Source: Rhizophagus irregularis
Lineage: Eukaryota
Direction: 5' to 3'
Length of the DNA stretch: 64,000 bases
NCBI RefSeq assembly: GCF_026210795.1
Contig: NC_089429.1
Span: 7,874,001-7,938,000, forward strand
Each line of letters starts with the position of its first letter. Position 1 is the stretch's first letter. The notes beneath the pieces were generated by a model. The model saw only the letters and a list, made by a program, of their open reading frames with translations, did no database searches and was not told where the DNA came from. Positions 51,501 to 64,000 of the stretch are shown piece after piece. Made by a program: the position numbers and the translations under genes.

Positions 51501-53411
51501 TATTTTCATGTGTATTTCACAGAGTCTATTTCTGATAAGATTTTTTTTTCTCAGAGTATTGTAGTACTGTGCGCCCAGTTCCTGTTTATATGTATAAAAG
51601 TATACGATTAACATTGATTGTTACGAATACTCTTGATGATCTTCATATATTAATGGTAAAAAATTAAAAAATTGAAAACTTAAACGTGATCGTATAAATA
51701 TTTATAGTGATTATTATTTCCTAAACATAACTTCATTATGAATAGTTGCTTAATCTATGTGGCGTGGTCTGATCAATTCTCACCATTTTTTGATGTACGA
51801 GAAAATTAGGTTATGCAGAACCCCCCGAAATATAGTTTGCATACAATCAGCCGAAAAAAAATCATAAATCATGAAAATCTCTTTCCATTTATAGATAATG
51901 CCTGGCGGAAAGCTATTACCCGAAATTATCATAATTCCGGCCCTGAAAAAATGCGTACTGCTAATAGTAAAATTTTTTTGGCTGGCTCTATATATTTTGG
52001 TTATGCCAGTTGATCATGTTACCAGGGGTTAAACCCAAAATTTAACGAAATTTTTGGTATTTCATTTTTTATCGATTGAAATCTTCCTTCAAGTAATTTA
52101 CTGCATAAATTATCTAAATTTTAATTAATTTAATTATGTACTCATATTTATTGAAAAATAAGTGTAGTATGCAAGTTCAAAGATAAACGAATTGCATGCA
52201 ACATATGTGAAATTTACGATATAGTCAAATTAGCAGCTGATCGCAATTCGTGAGATATATCGCTCAATATGCATACTAATAACACGTGAAACGTAAAAGT
52301 TAACTGATTTCTCTTTTTCCTTTTAATTTATACAAAAGGAGGAAATTTAACCATGTTTGGTTGTGCAATTCGGAAAACAATTCGGAAAAGAATAACGTTA
52401 AACAAATTATTGAAAAATCGTTCTTATATCTTTTTGAAGAAATTTCGAAATTTGAAAAGTATAAGATTAACAAATCAGATATATTTCTTTTATATAGCAA
52501 TGAAAAATTTGGAAGGTTGATTTTTGACGAAAGCAATATTACGTTTATCGATATGATCAAGGGCATATTTCCGTTGAAATTGTCAGATTTTTTAAAAATA
52601 AAACGAGATTAAAATGAATCTCGATGATAGAATCACGTTAAGTGTATCATTTCTGAATTATATATATGATGAAACTAAAATTATCTGGAATAAACGTTGT
52701 GAACTCAAGAAAAATCGTTAAAGATTAACAAGAAGAAAAAATCAACCGCTCAAAATAACGGGTTTAAGCATTCAGAAAACAATAGAAATATGTCTTTACA
52801 AATCGTTCGTATTAAAGCAGAGGGTTTGTTAGATAGCATATATTTCAATAGATGTCATTTGGATTTTATAATGCTTGCGAGCCGGGCAGTTAGAAATTTT
52901 TTTTTTGTTTAATTTTAGTCCTTTTGCCCCATGGGGGTAAGTTTGTATTTTTTTCGTTTCATAAATTTCGTTTAACCTGGTTTGTTGGGGATATAATAAT
53001 TTATTATTATATTCTAGATATTTAGTTTAGTATTATTGTGTTAGTTTTATTTTTAACTTTAACTCCAAATCAAACTAAAGGCATGTATGTAATTTCCATC
53101 AATTTTTTAATAAAGTTTTCCCGTTAACCAGTTAAAAAAAAAAAAATTTATTTTATACAAAACTTATAATTCTGGATAGCATATAAACATTTCATACCAA
53201 GGGCGAATATCTCTTCACCGTTTTAAAATCTTATCCTCAAATATACTGTACTATATACTCATCCCGACACAATAATATAATACATTCTTAGTTCTGGTTG
53301 TGGCTCAGCGGCACATGAAAAATGGTTTGTCTCGAGAAGATCAGTACGCTTTCCCCAAAAAGAATTGGATGGTTAAACGAATTAATTAAATTATAACTCG
53401 TGAATAATAAT

Positions 53412-53743
53412 AAGCCCGGTCGGTTGCATTTTTCGGTCGGATTTTGTTGTACAAAAATTATCCAATAAAATTTTTTTATTTTCGATCGCAAATTGAACTG
53501 CTTTAGATTGAAAATTTAGTTCGAACTCCTTATATTGATATATATATTTTTCTTAAATGTCACGTAAACAGAATTTATCTAATTTTGGTTGGTTATTTTT
53601 TGGCGTTCGACCAAAAAACCCCCAAAAAAAAAAAATTGGGCCAAAAGTTCAGAAAATGGTTGCGTTGTACAAACTGATCAGCCCAATCAAAATTAACTTA
53701 AATCTGACCGAAAAATGCGACCGACCGAAAATGAACAGGGCTA
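53412..53743. mobile_element. MITE-like foldback element
   Basis: CGGTCGGTTGCATTTTTCGGTCGGATTT (53417-53444) is inverted at 53700-53727. The right terminus rc TAGCCCTGTTCA recurs at ~49249. Confidence 0.65.
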
Positions 53744-56071
53744 ACATCAATTATTAATCTTTTCTCACACCAAGACACGTGACAAAGCCTTGTGCATGCC
53801 CGCGGCGTGCTCATTGGAAGATAGAATTCGTGATGTGCTGGTGCGTCCCGCCGCAGATTTCGCCGAAAGAAGGTTTTATCCCACTTGTGGGGTGTAGTAC
53901 GGAGGAGATTAATCTGTCTCAATAATTTAAAATTTATGACCTAGATAGATTATAATTAGTTTTTCTAGTTTTTATTCCGAAGAAACTCAGACACGTGATC
54001 ATTTTTCTGAAAAATTTTTTATAGGGCTTGATATTTACAATTAGTTTTTTTTTAATCCACATGTCACAAATTCCTGTGTCATCATTGTTTTATCTATTTT
54101 ACATATGCTTTTTAACAAAATAAACATTTTAAGCTAAGAAATAAATTTGATCATCACACATTCTGTACAATTATTGCGAATAACAATAATATATACATAT
54201 ATTAGATGGCGTTAACGTGTTCAGAATTTTGAAGTATTTTTACTTAGGCGAAATTTAAGCATTTTATAAGAATAATATATAAATATTATTACTATAATAG
54301 TACAGTTATTTTATATTCAAATATACACTTAAAACGCATTCATTGATATATTACATTCAAGTATAATTTGCTTTTCATACATTACATACATAAAATATAT
54401 TTTATTATAAAAATACTTATTTTTTAGAAAACTTATATATAATACATATAAATAAGATATAAATTGTTTTAGAATATAGCTTGGTCATAATTCTGGACTA
54501 CTGTATAATAATCTTTTTTTTTTATATAATACATGTATTAGCTGTTAATATTAAAATCTTACTTTAAACATAATAATGTTAAAATGTAAAGAACGGAAAA
54601 TTTAAATTAATAAAAGAATATTTAAATTAATAGATGAAATATAAAAGAGGTGGATTTCAAAACAACTTTTTTAAGAATATCATAGACATTACCTGAGTAG
54701 TTTAGGTGTAGCGATAGTGCGAACGTGAAGGAAGTGTGAACATGATTTATGTTCTCGAAAATAACGAAACTCGAAATAACGAAATAAAGAAATAACGAAA
54801 TAAATGATTTATAAAACCATTATAAGGTACATGTATTTTTATCATTGTAAGGAATACGTGCGATGTTTTTTTTTAAAAAAAAAAGTGAAAAGGTAACACG
54901 CAAGGGAACATTTGATAGTGAAGATATATTTGACGATTGTTGAAGTGTGTGTAAATATAAATAATTTCATAGATTATTAGTATCAGATAATTGTGGTAGG
55001 TGATTAATGAAAGTAAAAAATTATTGATAACATAATCTAGACATTAGCTTTTGTCTTTGGACATAAAGAAATTTTTAGCTGGTATTCTGACGCCCAATTT
55101 ATATAACTTTACGAAAAAAAAAAGAAACCAGATTAAACCAATGAACACCGTGTTATTTTATATAGCTAACAATGAAAACCATCAAAGGGAAAAAAAATGA
55201 CGTGTAAGTTTATAAATAGTAACATGATTTGCACGGTTAAACATTCTTCCGTAGATTATATTGTAGTGATCCTAAAATTTGAAACAATATTTTACTAATT
55301 GACAATACTAAAAGTAAGATTACTATATTTATTGAAACAAAGAAATATTACTATGAATTTTACTATGATAATATATATTTCTATCCAAATATTATTATAC
55401 AAATGGAAGATCATCCACGATAGCTGCAAAGTGTACGCGATTGGTTCTAAATCTTAACTGTATAACTGTATAGGAGAAGAAATACAAAGAACTTTACTCC
55501 ATTTAACCTATAATTGGAATTAAGTTTGAAAATGAGGCCGATCGATTCTCTAATAAGGATAATAAAAAAGGTTTCGTATCATGTAGTTAATTATTGTATT
55601 AATTTCTATCAATAACTTCTAATTTTAGTTTATTAAACACGCAGGGCAAGAGCAACAGTAATTGGTTCTTAATTTTCAGAAACTTTATTAAATAATACCA
55701 TACTCGAAAGAAAAATACAACTAAAATCTATTTTTAGAAATAAATTGTTAAAAAATTTGTGATAATATCATCCTGATTATATATGTATTATCCTTTAATT
55801 AATAAGAGAATATATCATCTTGATTATATATATGTATTATCCCTTAATTAATAAGAGAATTGCTTTCAATTTTCAACATTGTTTAATCATTCGTATTACT
55901 AATTTTTGATCTTTGCATAATAAACATTATGAAATCTATATTAAATTATTATTTTCCTACATAAGTTTTCTTATAGACTAATGTTTGCATTTGTAAAAAT
56001 CAGCAAATTCTGAATTCATGCATGTAACAAAATTAATTAAATCCTTATGAATAAACCCCTTACATAATTCT

Positions 56072-56185
56072 TAGACCTAGAAAACTCTCTTGATTAATAG
56101 ATGATTAAATGAAGTCCACATATCTGCTGTTAAGGAGAATCGTCCAGTAGTCTTACTAAGTTCATTTGCAATTTGATTTCTTTGA
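56072..56185 (-). pseudogene. hAT transposase fragment
   Basis: QRNQIANELSKTTGRFSLTADMWTS../SINQESFLGL contains the hAT first catalytic-Asp motif SLTxDxWTS. Confidence 0.75.
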
Positions 56186-56624
56186 ATAATAAAAATCAAT
56201 TATCTGTTATTAATTGAATTGTTGAAGCGTGCGATTAAGGTGGTTTATATCGTCGGTTGTCTACGTCGCATTCTTGGGCCATATGTCCAGTCTATCCACG
56301 ACGATGGCTAAAGTTATTTTCTAATTCCTATTATATATTTCTATAAAATTTACATCATTATCGTTTTTTAAAATTCATTTAACTGAATAATTTATAATAT
56401 TCCAGTGTGTAACGACTCATTTGTTTGCTGACAGATATGACAGTATGAAATTGTATAATTGTATTAGGATTTTTTTTATATGCAAAGATAATAAAAAGAA
56501 ATACTTTTTTTTTCACTATAAGTATTTAGCTTTCTTCTAAAGTAAATAATTCATTACATCTATAACACTATTCTTTTGGCTGTAATATTAATTTTAAATA
56601 ATAATAGTATTATAATTTACTACT

Positions 56625-56905
56625 ATTATAACATTTTGGGACGTCTTTTATACCCTTTATTGATTGGTATTTTCTCAGTTAATACTGTTCCACAGGGTTC
56701 CCTTTTTATTCACAATGTGTGATTTGGAAATTCTACATGCTTACATTTAAATTCTGTATCTGTACAAATTTCAGCAGTATTGTATAATGTATGGCAATTT
56801 GTACATGCCGTAAAAATTTTTGAGCATTTATTGAATTTAAATAGTTTTTTTGCGACATATAAAGAGGATGGAAAGTCAGCAAATCTTGTCCTGTTGAATC
56901 ATGCT
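56625..56905 (-). pseudogene. CACTA/EnSpm-like transposase N-terminal fragment
   Basis: FADFPSSLYVAKK../FTACTNCHTLY...FKCKHVEFPNH..EPCGTVLTEKIPINKGY, a Cys-cluster pattern seen in fungal CACTA-like transposases. Confidence 0.6.
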
Positions 56906-57581
56906 GTTTATTTTTTGAATATGTTGGTACTTGGTAGCTTAGACAAGCATATAATTTATATTATTCATTTCAGAGCTGAAATTACAATGAACATTAAATG
57001 TATTTCCTATTTTAATTTGAATATAATATAAGTTTTATTCTGATTATTCTAATTATTATTAGAAATTGGTTTGTTGTATATAGAATTCATATGATTAGGG
57101 ACCATGTAAACTCTCCATTCAGTTCCCATGGTTGTTTAATTTCTTCCGTCCATTCAATTGTATCATTGATAGTTTTAATAGGACTTTTATAACAATCTTC
57201 AACCTCGCATTTATCTTCCATGTTGATATTTCTGCTGGTCCGGCATTTGTATTGATCGTTGGCAAACGTGATTCACTAAATGTCTAAATGTTAAAAAAAT
57301 AATTTTTCCAGTTCTCGAAGCTCGCACTTGTTTCATACATGAAATCATCAAATGTCTGATCTCGGTATACAACCATCTTTGAAATAAATTAGAAAACACC
57401 AACGGACGTAATTCCAATCCTTGATTCAATATATATGATATTTTTTGTATTTTTGAATTAGTAAATAACCAATCGTACGAGTGAAACTTTAATAAGTCTT
57501 AAAAAAGATTTTTTTCAGTGCATCTTTCATTAAGGAGTCAACTTTATAATTAATTTTGCACTAAATCCTTTGAAATATCAA

Positions 57582-59799
57582 AATATTTGCAGTAGATAAC
57601 TTTGCTGAAATGGCATATTTAATTGTAATTTCTTTGATTGAAGAATCAATAATTTCATTGACTTTCTTTAACTGTTCATATTTCTAATTACATTTGATTC
57701 TTTAAGAAATACTATTAAAGATAAAATCATTGCCAGCTTTAAAATAAGTTATCTCTGTTGCATTTCTCTTCTTCGTTCAAAGTAATGCTGTAACTCTTCA
57801 ACGAAGTCTTAGTCTGGAAGTAAAGAATCCTCTGCACATTCCTTGTCCCTTGTTATGGAAATTTCAACCCATTCTTTGACAGCTGGAAGTTGTTTACTCA
57901 TATACTTGTATTTGATTCTTTATGTGCTTTTTGAGATATTATAATTAATAAATCTTTGAAAAATTATCGGAGATAATTTTCTTAATCAAACTTTTCTATA
58001 CTTAGAGTCCAGACTTTAATGAATAATTGAAATTTGGGAATAGAATTATTTAAGTATGGACTCTAATGAATACTTGAACTACAGTGTATTATAATTATTA
58101 TTTGATAAAATTTGGGTATATTTTTGTTTAATACAAATTCCTTTGAAATCTATTATTTTTAAAAACTCATTGATTTTAAATAATTTAATGAGAAGATTTA
58201 AAATTTTCAATTAATTAAATTTCTTTATTTATTTAATAGAACGTAAGTTATAAGTTTTTTATTAAATTTTTAAAGGAATTTTGTTTTTTTTGGTTATCCT
58301 CATATTCTTATATATATGTATCTAAAATATTCAGATTTCACATTCTCCACATTTTGAGCATAAAATAATAATGTCACCAATCCAGCAGTTGTTTGAAAAT
58401 AATTGTTTGTATGTTCTTTATTTACAAAATACAAGCTTCATTCGATTAAGAATTAGGGATTAATTAATTTTCCCTAATCCCTTGGTGAGAAAATTTGCTA
58501 CCATATTTGTTCTCTTTATAAAAAATTCTTTAGTGGTTCTTTCATTACAAATCGAAGATTGATGTTGTCAACTTCCAACATTTTCAATATTACTGGTTTA
58601 ATATAGTAGTATTATATTGTGTCAACTTTAAAATTAATTTGCATTAAATCCTTTTTGAAAGGTTTCTTCATCTAAGAGATCTTATTAACCATATATTATA
58701 ATTAAATCACTAGTATATAAATAAAATAGATAAATCTGGATAATAATAAATGAATAAATATCCAGTATTTACATTTATCCTTGGGTGTATCAAAATATTT
58801 CAGTAGATAACTTCGCTGGAATGGCATAATTGTAATTTCTTTGATTGAAGAATCAATAACTACATTGATTTTCTTTAACTGCTCATACTTTTAATTGCAT
58901 TTGATTCTTTAGGAAATATTATTAATGATAAAATCATTGCCAGCTTTAAAATAAGTTATCTCTGTTGCATCTCTCTTCTTCATTTAAAGTAATGTCATAA
59001 CTCTTCTTGTAATCAAGAATAATTCTATAATTGATAAATATGACTTACAGAAATTATTAATCTTTATCATCCATTTATCAATATCATAATAATAATCTTT
59101 CATCGTATTCTGGCTGTAAAGTTCCTCTGCATATTCCTTGTCCCTTTTTATGGAAATTTGGGATGGTCCTGCTGCTTTTCCATTTGAGGGCAATCTTATA
59201 TTTTCAATCCATTCTTTGATAGCTGGAAGTTGTTGTTTCATTTGATTCTTCATCAATGTGCTTTTTGAGATATTATAATGGCTATAATTAATAAATCTTT
59301 GAAAAGTCACCGGAGATAATTAAATTTTTTAGTTAAACTTTTCTATACTTAGAGTCCAGACTTTCAATGGATATTCGAATTCGGGAGTAAAATTATTTAA
59401 AGTATGGGCTCTAATGAATATTGAACTACAGCGTGTTATAAATATTATAAAATTATTCTTTGTTAAATTTGGATGTAATAGGTAATATTTTGTTTAATAC
59501 AAAATTCCTTTGAAATCTATGATTTTTTAAAACTCATTGATTTTAGGTAATTGAATGAGATGATTTAAATTTCAATCAATTAATTATATAATATCAATTT
59601 TTTAAAGGAATTTGGTATTTTTAGTTATCTTCATATTCTTATATAATATTATCTAAATTTTAATGTCACCAATCCAGCAGTTGTTTGAAAATAATTGTTT
59701 GTATGTTCTTTATTTACAAAATACAAACTCTATTGGATTAGGAATTAAAGAACTAATTAATTTTTTCCCTCATCTGTTGGTGAGAAAATTTGCTACCAT
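57582..59799 (-). repeat. Diverged direct duplication (~0.9-1.0 kb) of degenerate coding sequence
   Basis: 57582-58504 aligns with 58792-59799 (AGTAGATAACTT...GGTGAGAAAATTTGCTACCAT). Confidence 0.85.
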
Positions 59800-61149
59800 C
59801 TCATGTTTTAATTACTTTGTGAATAATAGATAAGTAATGTAGAAATACCCTATAGGATTCTGATTTATTTTTAGATGTAGTATCCCTAATCTTTCTGAGT
59901 AATAGTGATATGGTATGGTTATATTAAATGTAGGACCTTTAAAAAAATTGTATCATATAAATCGTATAATAATGATACAATTAGCTGAATTCTCAGATAT
60001 TTGTTACTATAATCTTAATTTAATTATATTTCATTTTCCTCTATGATTCGTGTTAATTATCTTATTATTTTTGTTTCTTTGTCTAATGAAATTATCTCGT
60101 TATCCTTGTTTCTTTGTCTAGTGAAATTATCTCATTATACTTTGTCTCTTTGTCTAATAAAATTATTATTTAAAATTTTAATAATTTCCGTTACTTGGGG
60201 ATAATTTTTAAATGGCAATGGTTTAATAGTTAAAACATGCCAAACTTCATATACGTATAATTTAATACATGATACAACAGTTTATTAGTGTAATCTCAAC
60301 GGAAGGAGTAATAGTGAAAGATGTCAAACTTCATAGATATCAGTAGTATTAGTTATTTATCTTAATATTATTCTAAAGCAATATTATCTTAAAGTTTGAT
60401 ACTAATTGAAGTAAAAGTCAATCATCTTATAGGTTGTTGTATCCTTTGATAGTCTCTTTCCAGAAAAGTAATCCATTTCTATCTAACACTAAATAAAATG
60501 GTGTATATCTATATCTTTTACTCTTTTAATACTTGTACTTTTTTTACATTATTCTGATATATTACACTATTATTATTATACAAGCTCTTATATTTATAAA
60601 ATATTATCTAAATTGACCAGTTTTAATGTTATTGGTCAAGTCAAAATTAATCATATTATTTTAATATAATATGACTCGGGATAATTGAATAGTGTGTTAA
60701 TTTATGTGTAGACCATATTCAATAAACAATATTAAGAGTAAATATTATAAATGCATTACTTATGTTGCTGATTAACTTTATGATCCACCAGAGCAATCAA
60801 TCTGTAGGATTGTATCACTATGATGAACCAATATAGTATACTGGTTGCTTTAATGATGGTATCCAGTAAGAGTTGTATACTTGTATTTGACATAGGAAGA
60901 CCAGCAATTGTAATACTTGGTGCTTTGAAACGATCATGGACAGGCTTTGATAATACATTTTCACATTGAGTAATTGGACAGGTGTTAGCTAATCGACGTC
61001 ATGTGGTTTTATGTCATCATGAGTATCATCATCCATATTGGTATCATCACTGTATATTCATTTGTATTATCACAGTTGTTCGATAAATACTACTAATAAT
61101 CTCTTCTCTGAATTCCCTTATTTCAGAAGTTTGATGAGTAGGTTCATTA

Positions 61150-62475
61150 TTATTATTATAAACACCTTTTTTATCTTATTTTTAAATATAAATTCTGATG
61201 AATATAAATATGATCCCATCATTATGAATGTAAAGAAGGTGGATTGGAGATAATGAAGAACTATTTCTAATTGAATGGTACTGAATTTGATACCTTGAAG
61301 TATATTCTATTTTACACTTTTGCCATTTTAATGACCTTCCATTTTTTTCAATAAACATCTCTGGTCTTTATATTATGTAATCCAAATTAGTTTTCTTAAT
61401 GTTATTTGTTAGATTAAAATTATCAAAGCATTTATAATTCTGGATAAATTAAAGATGGCCTCTTAATGGATATGTAAACTATATGCTTAATAAGTAAGAT
61501 TAAAAAATGAATTTTTTAAATATTACTACTGTGAAATAATTAATTTATTGCAAATTATAACAAATGGAATAAAGCTACATTTAGTAAAATCATGATCAGT
61601 AATAATATATCTCTATAATGTCCATAACTTAGGTTTATCATGCTGCAGCCGCATCAGCACGAAATTTTTCTTTTTCTAATTCATCTTCTAAGGGAGTTAT
61701 AACTTCATAATCAAAAAGCATCATTTAATAATGGTGAATCAATATTCCTCCATTGTTTCATAAACTAATAATATTAAACACCTTTTCTACTTTATTTTCA
61801 GATATAAAATCCGATGAAAAGGAAACTGATTTCATTCATCAGAAGTGGAAAGAAGGTGTTTACTGGTCTTTTAACAATACTTGTATCTGTGGTACTGAAT
61901 TGATTTATTTCTTTTTACAAATCAAAAACATTTGATTTTTTAAAATTAACTATCTATTATTTAAAGTATTTATGATTTAGACTAGTTAACTTCATGATCC
62001 ATCAGAATAATTATCTTGTAGACTATGGTGAATCAATATTATGTAGATTTTTGCATCTATATGAATAGTTGTTCTATAAATATTACTGCAATGATTGACA
62101 ATCCATATCATCTGCATAATCTGTGCATGATAATGTTCTGTTTCTCGTGCCATGGTATCAACATTGTATCCTAATGTAGATTTCCATCATTTCATATGAA
62201 TTCGTGAAAAACTTTTCTAAACTTCCAATGAATTCATAACATTGATCGATATCAATATTATATTTTCTCCATATTAGTGATGAAATTGTTTATGCAATCA
62301 TACTAATCCCTTAACTATTAATATTAAACACCTTTTTTTCCTTATATTCTGATATAAAATCCGATGAAAATGTGACCGATTTCATTCATTAGAAGTATCA
62401 GAAGTGGAAATAAGGTGATTACTGGTCTATTGACAATACTTGTATCAAGAATCATGTGGTACTGGAATTTGATGT
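61150..62475 (-). repeat. Three diverged copies of a degenerate coding-like segment
   Basis: AAACACCTTTT...ATATAAA(A/T)TC(C/T)GATGAA at ~61161, ~61777 and ~62326. Copies 2 and 3 continue AGAAGTGGAAA.AAGGTG.TTACTGGTCT. Confidence 0.7.
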
Positions 62476-64000
62476 AATTTCTTTTTTACAGGACTATATT
62501 ATTTTCAATACTTTTATTTACGGTATTTAAATGTTCCATAAACAAAATTATTTTCCATACTATTGATGGCCATCCATAAATTATAGTGTTGACAGTTGTT
62601 CTATATTACTAATCCCTTCTCTGAATACTCATATAGTAATTCTATAAGCATCCAAAATTGGATTGTTTTACAGTTTAACTATTATAATTAAACATTTTTT
62701 TTTTATATATGCTACGCTTCTTGTGATAAATAGCTTTAAAAGGTTAAAAAATATTAAGTTTAATTAACATTATAGATTATCATTTGAATTTAGAAGAAAA
62801 AAGGGAGGAAAAGAAAAGAGGCTCAATAGTTTCATCAAATTCCAAATCATTTATATTTAAATAATTTTATAAAAATAAACATCAAAGCCCCATTATGTCA
62901 TACAATTATTAATTATTCCAATTAAAAAAACATCCAGAAATTTAGTCAAATATAATATCAAAGCCAGAATTACAGTACAGAAAGCCACAATTCACAGCCA
63001 AAACTTAGCACCAATAAAATTCTTTATCATAAAAAAATTTAATCTATTATCATGATAATCATTTTTTTTATATACAGTATATTAACTATATTTATACATA
63101 CATATATATTAATTTTTATAATTAATTTATCACTATTTCTGTTATATTTTCTTTAATATTCAAATAATGAAATATAAATTATTTTGAAATAACGGATATC
63201 GATAAAACAAATTTCCTGTTTTATGTGAAACAGATCAAATATTATGTAGCTGGTTAGCTTTAGTATGAATGCATGTCATAAAAGAATTACAAAATTAATA
63301 TAAAAATTTCCGGCAAACGAAAATATGAAAACATAAAGTTAAAATATAATCCGTACAATTATTGATGAAAAATTTATACAGGGAAGTATAAAATGGGAAG
63401 TAATTTATTCATCAACTTGTAATAAATATAAATTTGAAACGAAATTTATAGTTGTTGTATATTAAAGATCGTGTTATGTACGCCAAGTTGCTTAACAATC
63501 AGTAACCCGAGACTGAAAGCATTACCGCTATTAGACTTAGATAATTAATACGTAATGTTACTGTGTCTGCGGTTATAAACTACATTCGTGTTTACTATAT
63601 CATATTAATTAACCTATCGTTCACGAAATAAAAGTTGTACCGCTGCGGCGCTGCCTATTGTACAACAAATTTCAATTCTTAATAACCGAAAACGTAAATT
63701 GTAGAGATAACGTAAAAAAAATTAAAAAATAAATATTTTAGCATATGTTACTTAGTATACAGGTATCAACACCACGAATTGACACCAATACAAAACCTTT
63801 TTGATGGCGCACAGCATCGATAATATCATCATTTCCATTTCAAACTATTTTAATATCAAAAAGATGTATATATTTTCAAACAGAACAGATAATATAATAA
63901 ATATAAAGTTCTTTTTAAAGTGCTTTAAGCTTACAGAATCAGCCATTCAGGGTAATAATACGGAGCTTGTTGATAAATCGATAATATTTTCAACTTCTAA

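Noticed and set aside
48600..55500. Short ORFs of 60-90 aa in the ORF track
   Set aside because: Composition is typical of random AT-rich sequence (K, I, F, N rich), many have non-ATG starts, and no motifs were found.

Overview
Very AT-rich, intron-containing eukaryotic DNA. The gene families present (single-exon F-box/LRR protein, Crinkler-type N-terminus, HGxLHGGNIL kinase remnant) point to an arbuscular mycorrhizal fungus (Glomeromycotina, Rhizophagus-like); this taxon call is inference. Only two coding regions look intact: an F-box/LRR gene (47143-48585, -) and a small intron-containing hypothetical gene (21900-22448, -). The first 28.6 kb is a diverged tandem segmental duplication (copy 1 ~1-10030, copy 2 ~13835-28590). 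The copies differ by a TSD-flanked insertion, an inversion, a minisatellite expansion and a 7.3-kb block found only in copy 2. Not resolved by the ORF track, the duplicated region holds five degenerate minus-strand Argonaute-like gene relics with N, L1, PAZ and PIWI motifs in order. The 7.3-kb block carries a frameshifted Crinkler gene whose C-terminus resembles a RAMA-like domain. A relic of a viral A32-type packaging ATPase sits at ~42.4 kb. The rest is MITEs, non-autonomous hAT-like elements and transposase debris. All domain calls come from manual translation and remembered motifs and need HMM confirmation.
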